Positions 14,061 through 29,415 of a stretch of 64,000 nucleotides of DNA are shown here, one piece after another. The position numbers and the translations under genes were made by a program. The notes beneath the pieces were generated by a model that searched no databases, had not been told where the DNA came from, and worked only from the letters and a program-made list of their open reading frames with translations. Position 1 is the stretch's first letter. The number at the start of each line of letters is the position of its first letter. Source of the DNA: the human T2T-CHM13v2.0 reference genome, Homo sapiens; assembly GCF_009914755.1 (NCBI RefSeq), contig NC_060941.1. The stretch is one strand, 5' to 3'.

Positions 14061-14263
14061 AGAGACAGGGTCTTGCTATGTTGCCCAGGCTGGTTTTGAA
14101 TTCCTGGCCTCAAGTGATCCTCCCACCTTGGTCTCCCAAAGTGTTGAGATTACAGGCATAAGCCACTGTGCCCAGCTGTGTTTTTTGTTTTTGTTTTTGG
14201 AGACAGAGTCTCACTCTGTTGCCCAGGCTGGAGTGCAGTGGTGTGATCTCAGCTCACTGCAAG
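14061..14263 (-). mobile_element. Alu left monomer (14061-14175) plus a heavily 5'-truncated Alu (14186-14263)
   Basis: Two partial antisense Alu pieces; the second is flanked by CAGCTGTRTTTTT repeats. Confidence 0.85.
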
Positions 14264-15320
14264 CAGCTGTATTTTTAAAAATACATAGGTGCCCTTTATC
14301 AGATGTCTTTTACTCCTAGTTTCTGAGAGTTTTTATCTTGAATAGATGTTTAAATATGTCAAATGCTTTTCCCATATCTACTGAGATAATCATGTGGTTT
14401 TTCTTTTTACTCTATTAATATGGGAAATTACATTGATTGATTTTTGAAAGTTAAATCCAACCTATATTACTGGAATAAACTTCACTTGGTCATGATAATT
14501 ATCCTTTTTTATATTGTTGAATTCTATTTGCTAAAATTTTGTTTAGAAGTTTTGCACACATTTGTGGATGGATATTTGTATGTAGCTTTCTTTCCTTGTA
14601 ATGTCTTTGTTTGATTTTATTATTATAATAATGCTAGTGTCATAGAATGAGTTAGGAATTAGTCCCCCCTTTTAAATTTTCTGCAAGGGTTTCTGCAGAA
14701 TGAGTATTATTTCTTTATTAAATGCTTGATAGAATTCACTGGTGAATCCATCTGTGTCTCAAAATTTCTTGTGGGAAGGTTTTTAACTGGAAATTCAAGA
14801 TTTAGGGCTATTCAGGTTATCTAGTTCTTCTTGAGTAAAGTTTGGTATTGTGTCAACTTAGATAAAGTTATTTCTCTATTTCATCTAACTTGTAGAATTT
14901 ATTGGCATAAAGCTGTTCATAATATTTTCTTACTATATGTGGAATCTACAGTGATGTTATCTCTTAGCCCTAAAGCTGGTAATTTGCATCTTCCCTCTTT
15001 TTTTCCTGATTAGTTCTGCTAGAAGTTATTAATAATTAACATTGCTAATCTTTTCAAGAAACCAACATTAGTTTCATTTATTTTCTCAATTTTTCTATTT
15101 TTTATTTCTATTCCAATCTCTCTTATTTCCTTTTTTCTACTTACTTTCAGTTTAATTTGCCCTTCTTACTCTGGTGGAAACTGAGGTTATTGATTTGAGA
15201 TATTTCTCCTTTTCGAATATAGGAATTTAGTGATAAAATTTTACTCTAAGCTTTAGCTGCATCCTATAAATTTTGATATGTTGTTTTTTTCATTTTTCTT
15301 CAGTCCAAATTACTTTCTAA

Positions 15321-15342
<22 letters not shown>

Positions 15343-15351
<9 letters not shown>

Positions 15352-15650
15352 TTTTTTGAGATGGAGTCTCTCACTCTGTAGCCCAGGCTGGCTGGGGAGT
15401 ACAGTGGCACAAACTCGGCTCACTGCAACCTCCACCTCCCGGGTCCGGTTCAAGCAATTATCCTGCCTCAGCCTCTGGAGTAGCTGGGATTACAGGCAAG
15501 CGCCACCATGCCCAGCTAATTTTTGTATTTTTAGTAGAGACTGGGTTCCACCATGTTGGCCAGGCTGGTCTTGAACTCCTGACCTCGTGATCCACCCACC
15601 TCAGCCTCCCAAAGTGTTGGGATTACAGGCATGAGCCACTGTGCCTGGCC
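15343..15650 (-). mobile_element. Alu (S-like)
   Basis: Antisense dimer; flanked by ACTTTCTAATTTCTT direct repeats. Confidence 0.92.
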
Positions 15651-16014
15651 CAACTTTCTAATTTCTTTTTGATTTTTCCTTGGCCTATGAATTATTTAAA
15701 AGTAAATTATTTATTTTCCAATATTGGAGGATTTCCAGTTATTTTTCTGTTATTGATTTATTATTAATTCCATTGTGGTTAGAGAACATACTTTATATGA
15801 TTTGAATCCTTTTAAATGTATTTAGACTTGTTTTACAGACCAAAATTTGGTCTGTCATGGTAAATTTTCAATGTACAGTTTAAAATAATGCATATACTGC
15901 TACTATTGGTGGCATGTTCTATAAAAGTCAGTTGGGCCAATTTGGTTGATAGTCTTCTATATCCTTATGATCTTCCATCTACTTGTTCTCTGAATAATTG
16001 AAATTCAGAAATAA

Positions 16015-16370
<356 letters not shown>

Positions 16371-16832
16371 TTTTTTCTTAAATTTCTATCATTTATTTTG
16401 CTTTATGTATTTTGAAACTCCACGTATTTAGGATTATTATATCCTCTATATGAATTTATTATTTATCATTATGAAATGACCCTTTTCATTCATGGTAATA
16501 TTCTTTACTCTGAAGTCTATTGGGTCTTCAGAGCTTTCTTTTGATTACTATTAGCATGGTATATCTTTTCCTACCTTTTTACCTTTAACCTATTTGTGTT
16601 TTTACATTTAAGTGGTTTTTTTGTAAGCATCATATAATTGGATCTTGCTTTTCTTAATCTAATCTGACACTATCTTTCTTTAAATTGTGCTAAGAACATT
16701 TATGTTTAATGTGATTATTGAGATGATCACAATATCTTGCTTTTTTTTATATTTGTCTCATTTCTTTGTTCCCTCTTTCCACCTTTTCTGCCTTCTTTTG
16801 GATTAATAAATTTTTTAATGATTCCATAAATA

Positions 16833-17060
16833 CAGATACTTCTTGACTTATGATGGAGTTATGTTTCAATAACACCATCATAAGTTAAAAATATTGTAAG
16901 TTGAAAGTACACTTTCAACTTAGATATTTTCAACTTATGGTGGGTTTATCTAGACATAGCCCCTTTGCAATTTGAGGAGCATACTGAATGCTTGTCACTT
17001 TCACACCATCCTGAAGTCAAAAAATCATAAATTGAATCATCTTAAATTGGGGACTGTCTG
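16833..17060. mobile_element. MER47/Tigger5-type non-autonomous DNA transposon
   Basis: TA-flanked, with imperfect TIRs CAGATACTTCTTGACTTATGATG / CATCTTAAATTGGGGACTGTCTG. Confidence 0.8.
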
Positions 17061-17177
17061 TAGTTTATTGGCTTATCATCTACAATTCTTTCTTTTGTTA
17101 TTTTAGTGATTTAGAGTTTATAGTATACAACTCTAACTTACCACAGTCCAACTTCAAGTGATAACATCATACACATC

Positions 17178-18730
17178 ATGAATCGTATATACAATGGTGG
17201 TCAGCTACATTATAATTTTATGGGACCACCATTGTATATATGATTCATCACTTACTGAAACAATGTTATGTGATGCATGACTATATATGTGAAGTGGCAT
17301 GTTGTTTGACAGTTAACTTTTGACATAATTAGTGACATCATAGCCATTTTAACATCATAGCACAATGCATTACTCACATATTTGTGATGATGGTGGTGGA
17401 AACAAACCTACTGCACTGCTAGTTATAAAAAGTATAGCAAATACAATTATGTACAGTATACAATACTTGATAATAAATGACTGTGTTACTGATTTATGTG
17501 TTTATTATACTTTTGACTGTTATTTTAGAGTATACTTTTTCTAATTATATCAAAAGTTAACTGTGAAACAACCTCAGGCAGGTCCTTCAGGAGGTATATT
17601 CCAGAAGAAGGTATTGTTATCACAGGAGATGACCATGTGTGTTATTGCCCCTGAAAACCTTCTAGTAAGACAAGATATAGAAGTGGAAGATAGTGATATT
17701 GATGATCCTGACCCTATGTAGGCCTAGGCTAATGTGTATGTTCGTGTCTTAGTTTTAAACCAAAAAGTTTAAAAAGTAAAAAAAAAGAAAAAAACAGAAA
17801 AACACTTATAGAATAAGGCTGTAAAGAAAATATTTTTTGTATAGCTGTACAAAGTGTTTTTGTTTTTAGTTATGTTATTATAAGAGTCAAAAAGTTAAAA
17901 AAATGAAGTTTATAAAGTAAAGTTACAGGAAGCTAAGGTTAATTTATATTGAAGAAAGAAAAATATGGCTCGGCCTGGTGGTTCATGCCTGTAACACTAG
18001 CACTTTGGGAGGCCGAGTGAAAGGATCTCTTGAGCCCAAGAGTTTGAGACAAGCCTGGGCAATATGGTGAAATCCCATCTCTACAAAAAATACAAAAAAC
18101 TAGCTGGGCATGGTGGCACGTGCCTGTAGTCCCAGCTACTCAGGAGGCTGAAGTGGGAGGATCACCTGAGCCCAGAAAATCAAGGCTGCAGTGAGTCATA
18201 ACTGCACCCCTGCATTCCAGCCTGGATGAGAGTGAGACCCTGTCTCAAAAAAAAAAAAAAAGAGAAAAACATACATTAAAAATAAATTTAGTGTAGCCTA
18301 AGTGTACAGTATTTATAAAGTCTACACCAATGTACAGTAATGTCCTAGGGCTTCACATTCACTCACCACTAACTTCACTGTGTCATCCAGAACAACTTCC
18401 AGTCTGAAACCTCCATTTATGGTAAGTGCCCTATGTAGGTGTACTTTTTAAAACCTTTTATATCATATTTTATGGTGTCTTTTCTATGTTTAGATATGTT
18501 TAAATATACAAATACTTACCATTAAGTTACAATGGCCTATAGTATTTGGTACCATAACATGGTGTACAGGTTTGTAGTGTAGGAGCAATAGGCTAAACAT
18601 ATAGCCTAGGTGTGTAGTAGGCTACACCATCTAGATTTGAGTAAGTACATTATGAGGTTTACATAGTGACAAAGTTGCCTAATGATGCATTTCTCTGTAT
18701 GTCTCCCAAAAGCTAAGTGATCCATAACTG
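17178..18730 (-). mobile_element. Tigger3 (Golem/MER7-type) DNA transposon with rearranged left end and nested Alu
   Basis: Right end ...GCCTAATGATGCATTTCTC...CATAACTG-TA; internal CCAGAAGAAGGTATTGTTATCACAGGAGATGAC; other terminus GGGACCACC...GCATGACT at 17222-17282. Confidence 0.8.
17967..18262 (+). mobile_element. Alu (J-like) inserted in Tigger3
   Basis: Dimer with poly(A) tail. Confidence 0.9.
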
Positions 18731-18830
18731 TAGTGGAAAAACCATCCCAGCGTTTATGCTATTGATGTCATATATTTTACTTCTGAATATGTTGTAAACT
18801 CCACAGTATGTTTGTATTTTTTTGTTTTAA

Positions 18831-19155
<325 letters not shown>

Positions 19156-20504
19156 AAGAAATTTAAATAAGAAAAAAAAATTTTTTTAATATATCCACAT
19201 GGTTATGATTTTTGGTGATCTTTACTCCTTTGCCTGTATCCAGATTTCAGTCTAGTATTATTTCTCCCTTGCGCAAAGGACATAATTTAACATTTTTGTT
19301 TTAGGGGCCATCAGCTAGTGATGATTTACTTCAGCTTTTGTACCTCCAGAAAAGTGTTTCTTTCATCTTCCATTTTGCAAGATACATTTTCTGGGTGTAG
19401 AATCCTAGGTTGATAGTTGTTTTTTTTCTTTTAGTACTTTAAAGATACTATTCCACTGTCTACATGCTTGCATTTTTCTGTCAAGAAGTCTGTTATCAAT
19501 CTTATCCCTGTATGATACATCATGATGTAGTTTTCTTCATGTTGCTTGTGTTAAGGTTCCTTGAACTAAGAAAACTCGTGGTTGTATAGTTTCCATCAAC
19601 TTTGGAAAATTTCCAGCCATTATTTTTTAAATATATGTTCTCTCTCTCCTATCCTTCAGGGACTCCAATTACATGTATTTAGATTGCTGAAAATTGTCCT
19701 CCATCTATCTTTACTTATCGTCTTTTTCAGTTTTTCCTTTCTCTGTATTTTATTTTGGATATTTTGTATTGTCTTCAAGTTCACTAATCTTTTTTTTTTT
19801 TGCAATGTCTAATCTGTTATTGATCACATTAAATGTATTTTTTTATCTTATGTATTGTAGTTTTTACCTATAGAAGTTAATATGGGTCTTATTTAAATCT
19901 TCCATGTCTCCACCTAATAGTCTCAATATTCCTTCTAACTTTTTGAATGTATGGACATGAATGTAAGGCATGTAGAAGATTGTTATAGCATTGTATATAA
20001 TGTAGTAGTAAGCTTTGGAAAACAGCCTAAATGTACAACAATAGAGGAATGGCTAAATATGACAATCTATATTATAAAATAATAGGCAGAAAGCAAAGAG
20101 AATCAAGCAATACTACATGTTCTGATATGTAAAGAGCTCCAAAATGTATTGCTAAGTGAAAAAAAGTTGCAGAACAAATAGATACAGAATTATTCTCATG
20201 TTAAAAAATACATAACATACATATACACACACAAAACAATATTATTTTCTATGAACACAATGGTAGATAGACCCTATGATGACTCCCAGTGATCCTTAAT
20301 TTCTAGTATTCATCCTTTTATATTGTTCCCACTCATACTGATTAGGACAGACCTGTGTAATCAAAAGAATTGTTGCAGAATTGATGGTGTGTGACTTTCA
20401 AGGCTAGGTCACAAAAGACATTTTTGTTTCTGCTATGCTTTCTTGAGCCACTTGTGCTAGTGGAAGCCAGCTACCACATTGTGAGTGTACTCAAGCAGAC
20501 CTAA

Positions 20505-20649
20505 TAAGTCATATTTCTTAGTATTTTTAGTATGATTGTGTCTCACACAATATCTGGGATATACTAATACTAAAATGTATTTGTTATTTATCTGAAATGC
20601 AAATTTAGCTGCCTATTCCATATTTTTATTTGCTAAATATGGCAACCTT
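20505..20649. mobile_element. MER53 (hAT) partial palindromic element
   Basis: TTTATCTGAAATGCAAATTTA...TTTTTATTTGCTAAATATGGCAACCT terminus. Confidence 0.7.
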
Positions 20650-20666
20650 AGATGGAGAGAAACTGA

Positions 20667-21373
<707 letters not shown>

Positions 21374-21639
21374 CCCTGCCAACATCTTGACTGCAACTTC
21401 ATAAGACAGAACCACTCAGCTAAACCACTCTGGAATTCTTGACCCCCCCAGATATTGTGTGAAATAGTAAATATTTATCATTGTTTTAAGCCACTAAGTT
21501 TTGGAGTAATTTCTTATGCAGCAATAGATAACTAACACAGGTACGTATGCACTTAAATACATGCACAAAGAGAGATTTGGATAAACTTTAATCCTCTGGG
21601 AAGGGATTGACTTTAGGGGTTGGAGTTTAGGGCAACCTA

Positions 21640-21640
<1 letters not shown>

Positions 21641-21696
<56 letters not shown>
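21641..21696 (+). repeat. (TCTA)14 tetranucleotide microsatellite
   Basis: 56 bp perfect repeat. Confidence 0.97.
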
Positions 21697-23230
21697 GAGA
21701 ATGTAATTATGAGGAAGGAAAAATACATGCTATCCAAATATTAACAATGTCTGTCAACTGATGTATGGATAAACAAGTGTGGTATTCCATACAATGGAGT
21801 ATTGTTCAGCCACAAAAATGCTTACAATACAATACAGCATTTCATGCTTATAACTGTTCATGCTTATAACATAGATGATTGTTGAAAACATGGAAAGTGA
21901 AAGAGGCCAGAATAAAACACCACATAAAACCTGTGAGATAATAAATGTTTCTTGCTTTAAGCCACTACATTTTGGGGTAATTCGTTACATAGTGATATGT
22001 AACCAATACGGTGGGTTTGTAAATACTGGTGTGAATAAAGGAGTATAGAGAAATGTCTAGCACATAACAGGACACCATAATAAATGTTGGCTGGTATGAG
22101 TGGAAAAGATGTGTCCAGTCCCAGAGATTATCCCTTGTGGGAGACCCGGGACAAGGAGGAGAAGGGCACAAGGGTACGACCTCAGCACTCACGCCAGCTG
22201 GACAGAGCCGCCTCAGGTCACCCTCTGCCTGTTCTGGAGGAAGAGGACATGAAACACACAAACACTCCCTCACCCCTTAATCTACATCTTCTCCTCTTAG
22301 GGTACCATCACCTTGTCCATAGCATAGAGTTATGTAAATACTAGTTATACAATATGTAACTAGTATATAACTAGTAACTATTTATGTAGCCGATACATAG
22401 TAATTCAGTAGCTGATATTTCCAGTTGCCCGTCTTCTACAGGGAACCGTCTCTTTGCCTCAAAGCAAACAGCCCCCAGCCCTGCCTGCAGGGAAGGCCTG
22501 GGTATGAGAGAAGGGATTACCTTTCTCCTGCTCTGCTTCTGTGCTGGGAGTGAACCCCTTCCCTGTTCTCTAGGGAGAGGGCTTCTTCCCATTCAGAGGA
22601 AAACATGTCTGTGACTCCTGTCCCTTCCTCAAGGGAAGGAAATATGACCAGTGTGTCTCCAGTCTGTGTGCACAATCCTTTTAATGGGAAAAAATTCCCA
22701 AGGACTCCTGGTGTTGACCAGTCAATTTTGTTGTAATATTACTTAAGTATGTAACCATGTATAACTATATGCATATAGCTCTTATGTGACTATAAAACTC
22801 AAAGCAAATTTACAAACTAAATACAAACAGAATTGCAAAACCTGTAAAATTCAAATGAAAAAACACAAATGTATTTTTTTCTTTTTGTATCTAAGTCACA
22901 CCTCCTGCCAGTAATGAGCACCTGTCAGCCAGAGCACAGGTTCTCCCTGGACATGCTGTGCTGGGGCATGCCAGGTGGGCCACTCACTTCTTCCCACAGT
23001 TTTCCTTGATTTGAACCCTTACAAATCTTCCCTTCTAACAACACATCTTGGGGTCATTTGGTTTCCACGTGGTGTGAGCACATCATTTAGGTATCAGGTC
23101 TATCTCTGTGTGTGTGTGTGTTTTCCCTCCTCATTAGCTCTGAATAATTAAAGTAGCCAAAGCCACAGGTAAATAAATACAAATGGGGCCACTGGAACTG
23201 GGAGGCAGCTCTTTGTTTTAAGACGGCCAT

Positions 23231-23512
23231 AGACAGAGTATCAGTCTGCCACCCAGGCTGGAGTGCAGTGGCGTGATCTCGGCTCACTGCAACCTCTGCC
23301 TCCTGGATTCAAGCAAATTCTCCTGCCTCAGCCTCCTGAGTAGCTGGGATTACAGGCACCTGCCAACATGCCCGGCTACTTTTTGTATTTTTAGTAGAGA
23401 CGGGGCTTCACCATGTTGGCCAGGCTGGTCTCGAACTCCTGATCTCAGGTGATTCGCCCACCTTGGCCTCCCAAAGTGCTGGGATTACAGGCGTGAGCCA
23501 CCGTGCCCAGCC
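23231..23512 (-). mobile_element. Alu (S-like), lacking a poly(A) tail
   Basis: Antisense dimer starting AGACAGAGT with no preceding T tract. Confidence 0.9.
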
Positions 23513-24124
23513 CAGAGTTCATTTTAAAAAATACAGCAAATGAAAACACCAAATAATTTATTTTAGTGATTCTTATACCCCCAAGAACACCTGAGTTAAA
23601 AATAAACTGGTATAGGAGAAAAGCAGTTGTCTCTGACGTGGTGGCCCTCACTTTCTGCTCTGTTCCTTAGCAGAGGATTAAAGGAAATGAAAGTGTGTCT
23701 ATGAAAGTGCTTGCCAAACTATCAAGCACAATCAAAATGTAAACTCTTACGCTTAGAAGGAAGGGTACAAAGTAATTTGAAGTCACATTGTCACTTGGCC
23801 AGATCCCTTGTGGCAGCCTCAGTTTTCTCATCTGGAAAGTAGGAATAAAAACTATTACCTCGAGGACTAAGTGATGACATAGGCAAAAGCACTTTATGAA
23901 TTTAGCAAATGTTTAGGGAGCACCTCCCTTGGGCCAGGCACATGGCTTTTCTTCCTTTCTCTCTCTGGGCCTCATTTTTCATCTAGGAATTGCAGCGTTT
24001 GGGCTGAGGGCTCTCTTTGTTCCTGCCACTCTGACTTAGCCTTTAGGTTTCTGTCTGCAGTTATAATTCAATCAATCAATCAATGCAAACTTACTGATCA
24101 TCAGTCAGGTGCCCTGTGCTGTGA

Positions 24125-24853
<729 letters not shown>

Positions 24854-26574
24854 TACCTATTTTTATTTTTAATGTTTTTTTTAATTGACAAGTAAATATT
24901 GTATGTATTTATGGTGTGCACCATGATGTTCTGACATATGTATACATTGGGGAAGGAGCCCTAGTCTTGAAAAGAAGTGTCGTAAAGCAGCTCGTGCCTG
25001 GCACTTTTCAGTAATGTTTAGTTTCGTCCCAGCAAAGTCCCAATTCATTTCATGGTACCTTTGGTTGTTTGTCACTACAGTGTAAAGTTCTGGAAAGAGC
25101 GATCCATATTGTAATCCCCTTTGTGTTCACACTGCCCAGCGCAACGTTTTGGGCACAGGTGCTCAACCATTAAGTTTTGAACGAATGTAGTTGAACTCTC
25201 ATGGAGAAGCAGCACCATCTTCTGGCTGAAGTGGGTAATGCTGCACAGGGCCAGAGAGCGGCTCAATTAGAGGCTGGCAATCAGAGGCTGGCAATGGATG
25301 CGCGCGTGTGTGCGTGTGAGCGTGTGTACATGTGTATTCAAGTGGAGATGAATGCACTCTTTCCTCAACTTTGCCATCCTCTACTATCAGAGTTTTAGCC
25401 TGAGGATGGTTGAGGCATCCTGGCCTCTAGAGCGAGAAGTTTGCTTTAGGGAAAACCTAATCTGAATTCACCCGTCTGCAATGCGGCGAATCAGGCCCAG
25501 AGAAGTTAAGGCTGGCTCAGGGTCACCCTGCAAGGTGGTGGCAGGGCCAGGCTGGAGTCTTCACTCCTGACTCTTCATCCAGGACTCTCAGAATTCCAGG
25601 GACCACTTTCCTCCTGAATGCTGAAGTTTTTGCCTTCCTAAAGCCGTAATCTTTGTAGTGGATGTAGAACTCGGGAAAAGTCATTTGGTTATTAATGGTT
25701 GCAGACAGGGAGCAAAGATGGCAAGTTGAAGGAAAAAACATTTATTTATTGAACATGCTATGTGCCAGGTACTCTGTATGTACAGACTACCATTTGTACA
25801 ATGGAGATAATAATAGCAGCTCTTTCAGAGCATTGTTGTAAATAAAGTAATATAAATGTAGTAATATATGTAAAATGCTTACATATACTTAAAGTTGCTG
25901 GAATATCACGAGCACTCATATGTTTTAGTTTCTACGTCAGTTAGCTTTTCTTGGATGCAATTATTTGGAAACAGTCTGATCCTTTTAGGTCTTGCTTTTG
26001 TTAGGGACCTCCAGAGGAGTGTTCTGTCTAGGACCAATTATTCCCCACTATTGAGGCATGGCCTTCCTGCATATTCTACTCAATTCCAGTCTAGCTGGAG
26101 GCAGCGGGCACTGTTTCTGGCTCTGTGTGAGTCCTGGGCACTGTTCTCTCCTCCTTTCAGAAGGACCTCGGGTGGTTTCATCACACGCACGAGCTGATGA
26201 GTACACTGCTGAATACTTGAGGGGCACCCTCTGCACATCTCTGAGGCTCTCTGTGCAGCTCTCTCCTCCCCAGTACTCTGTCCTAAGAACTCTGGCCACC
26301 TTGATCTCCTGGGACTCTGCTGTGTCTCCTCAACTCAGAAGCTCCCTGGCTCCACCTGGGTTCCCTTTGTCTATACTGTGGCCTGGAAACATTTTTCTAG
26401 GCTGTGAGCTGGGGTTGTCGTGGAGTTCATGTGGTTTTCCCATCTCTCGCATCACCATCCTTTGTGATCCACCCAATGTCCAGATTCTTGCCTGGTTATT
26501 CTAGCTGTTTCATGCAGGAAGATAAATCAGGTTCCTGTTACTTCATCTTGGGCAAAGCCTAAGCCCATCAATTG

Positions 26575-27015
26575 ATTTTACAGCTTTAAACAGCAGCCAT
26601 CTATTTACTCACGATTGGCAGGTTGGTGATTTGGGCTGAGCAGTTCTGCTGGCCATGGCTGGGCTCACTCCTGGGCCTGCAGTCAGCCTCATGTCAGCGA
26701 GGTGGCTCTGTTTCCTGGGCATTTGCTGGCTGTTGACTGGAGTGAAGAAAGCAACTGGGCCATGTGTCTCTCCTCCTCCAGCAGGCTAGCCTGGGCTTGT
26801 GGGTTCCTAGAGCATAAGAGAGCAAGCCCCTGTGATGAGCACTTTTCACGTCTATTCTAGAATCACTTTTGCTATTGTCCCTTTGTCCAAAGACAATGAT
26901 CCACCCAGATCCAAGGGGTTGAGAAATGGACTTCACCCCTTGATGGGAGGAACTAGGAGGTCCCACTGCAGGGGCATAGGTACAGGTAGGCAAGAATGCA
27001 TAGCCATTTTTGCCA
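26575..27015 (-). mobile_element. Old MLT1 (J/K-like) LTR
   Basis: GCTTTAAACAGCA, CTCCAGCAGGCTAGCCTGGGCTTG, CACCCTTGATGGGAGGA motifs. Confidence 0.6.
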
Positions 27016-27039
27016 TGCCTATCATAGCTATTCCTATTC

Positions 27040-27200
27040 CTTTGTAAGCCTCACAAGAAGCCAGGAGGTTGATCTTATTATCGACAATTTACGGAAGAGA
27101 AAACTGAGGCTCAGAGAGGTTGAGAGACTTGCATAAGATCTCACAGCTAGTAGGAAGCAAAGCCAGGATTTGGACCAGGGTCTGCCTGCCTCTGAGCCTG
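27040..27200 (-). mobile_element. MIR SINE
   Basis: GAGAAAACTGAGGCTCAGAGAGGTT...CACAGCTAGTA core. Confidence 0.75.
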
Positions 27201-29415
27201 GTGTGGTGTGTGTATGTGATTCTGTATTCAACACCATCAACTGTTTATCCTTGGCCCTGGTCCCTGATGTGAGGCACTCCCTGAAGCTGCCCATGCTCCA
27301 GATCCTTCCTGACACTCTCCCACTCCCAACCCCAAACAGAAGGCCATGGCCCTGGGCCCCTCCTGTCAGTGCCTGTGGGGCCTGTGGACACTGAAGGAGA
27401 TGTCTGTGTGTCAGTGTCTCTGTGTAGGGGAGCTCACGGGGCTGATGACCTATGTCCCCAGCTAGCGTGTTCCTCAGTGGGTCGTGAGTTCCTTCCTCTC
27501 TATGCTCCTCTGTTACTCCTGCCTGGGCTGTTTCAAAAGCCTCCTCACCTCCCTGGCTTCCCTGTCCCCATCCCTCCCTCGGGTTGAAGCCAGGTGGGCC
27601 CTTGAGGGTCCACGCTTGATGGCAGTGCTCTTCCATCCTCGGTCCTTCAGTGGCTTCTGATTTTTTTCCTAGATAAACACTAAATTCATTTTCCCAGCAC
27701 CCAGTCCTTCCACGATCTCACCCTAACCTACTTTTGTGCTTTATTTCTGAACACCCATGCTAATGTCCTCCGTTATTGAGTCAAGGGCACCATGGCTTTG
27801 TCCCCCTGGGCTGGCCCCTGGGTGGTCCTTCCCTCCATCTCCACACACCCACTCCTCCTGCCTCCTGCACCACCCACCTGCGCTCCAGGCTGTGTGTGAT
27901 GTCTGATCATTTCATTCAGGCCCCAACTTCCTGAGAGGGCGGACTGTCTTATTTGTGTTTGACCAACTGAGAAAGCCCAGGCCTGGGAGGGGATTGGGAG
28001 GACTCTCTGGCTTTGTGTGGTACTCTCAGCCCAGTGAGAGGCACGGGAGCCTTCCTGGGACCTCCTGCTATTCTAGCCCAAGATTGGTGCTGCAACGAAG
28101 CAACTGGACCCCTGTGGCTGAATAGCACCCTGTGGACTCCGTAGATATGTCCACTGCTCCTCGTGACCTTGGGGGAGGGGAGAGAGTGCCCATAAAGGCT
28201 AAGTGTGTATGCACCAGTGGGGTAGCAGAGAAGTTGGGGCAGGCCATGAAGTGGTGTGGAGGGGGTCAGACCAGGGGCCAGTGAGGGGCACTGCTTTTGG
28301 TTGGGGTAGTCACCAATGCTGCTCACTGAACATTTCTTTTCCCCTCCAGGCACGCATTGAGGTAGGTGGACCACGCACTTACCTTGACTAATGGAATGTG
28401 GATGAGTGACGTCTGTCACATCTAGGTGGGAGCTGTAAGAACCCATGCTGAATTGCCACAACCCCTACCCACCAAGATGAATGAAGTCTCATTAACCTGG
28501 GTTCCCAAGGGATGAAGATAAGCAGATCCAACTGCCCTCCCATGCCCAACATGAGATTTGGGGTTCATTTGTTACAGTGACATAACGAACCCATCCTGAA
28601 GGTACACTTGAAGAGGGCAGGATTTCAGAAGTTGAAGGAAGTGGAGAGAAAGCCTTAGTGGATTTCCTGGCACATGTGTCGGCCTCAGAGAAGGCCTGGA
28701 GGGAAGGGGAGGGGTCTGGGAAGACAGAGACTACTTTTGGCTCTCTGCCTCTCTCCAGTTGACCCTAGTTCTTGGGATTTGGGGATGGTAACACTGATGT
28801 TTCCCCATAATGCAACCATGCTCCATCTCCCCAGACCTGGATTAGAATCTTGGCTTGGCCATGCACTGGCTTTAGCCTTGGGCAACTCACCTTAGCTCTG
28901 TTATGATTCAGGTTCCTTGTCTGTAAAAGGGATTGGAGAGCACCTATCTTGAGGATTTGAGGTAACACATATAAAACACTCTTCTTTTCATGTGGTGGAC
29001 ACTCACTAGCTGGCTGCTGATTTTTATTCTTTTTCTTCTCAATCTACTATTCCCAGTGGTGGGGTGGGGAGTGGGAGAGATGGACTACAGCCATCTGAGA
29101 CCACCCTCCCCACTCACCTCACTTTGCTCAGCTGGCCTGAGCTATTGATGTTGCCAAGACAATGATGACATGTGGACCATCCCCAAAAGATGCTGTGGTC
29201 TGTGATCAGACCCTTTGGTCTGCCTGAGTGTGAGTGTGTGTGTACACACACACATGCATGCACAGGCAGCCAAAGTCAGAAAAAACAATGGCCTGAAATT
29301 AGCAAAAAAAAAAAAATTGTTTCTGGAAAAATTTGCACCAACTGCTTGGGAATCTGAAGATAAAGGCAGGCACAGGCCAAGTCAGAGATCAATGGGCCTA
29401 AAGCAAGTAATGGCA

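Noticed and set aside
27034-28461. 200-aa and 170-aa minus-strand ORFs
   Set aside because: No recognisable domains, partly overlapping MIR or other old repeats, and consistent with chance in GC-richer DNA.
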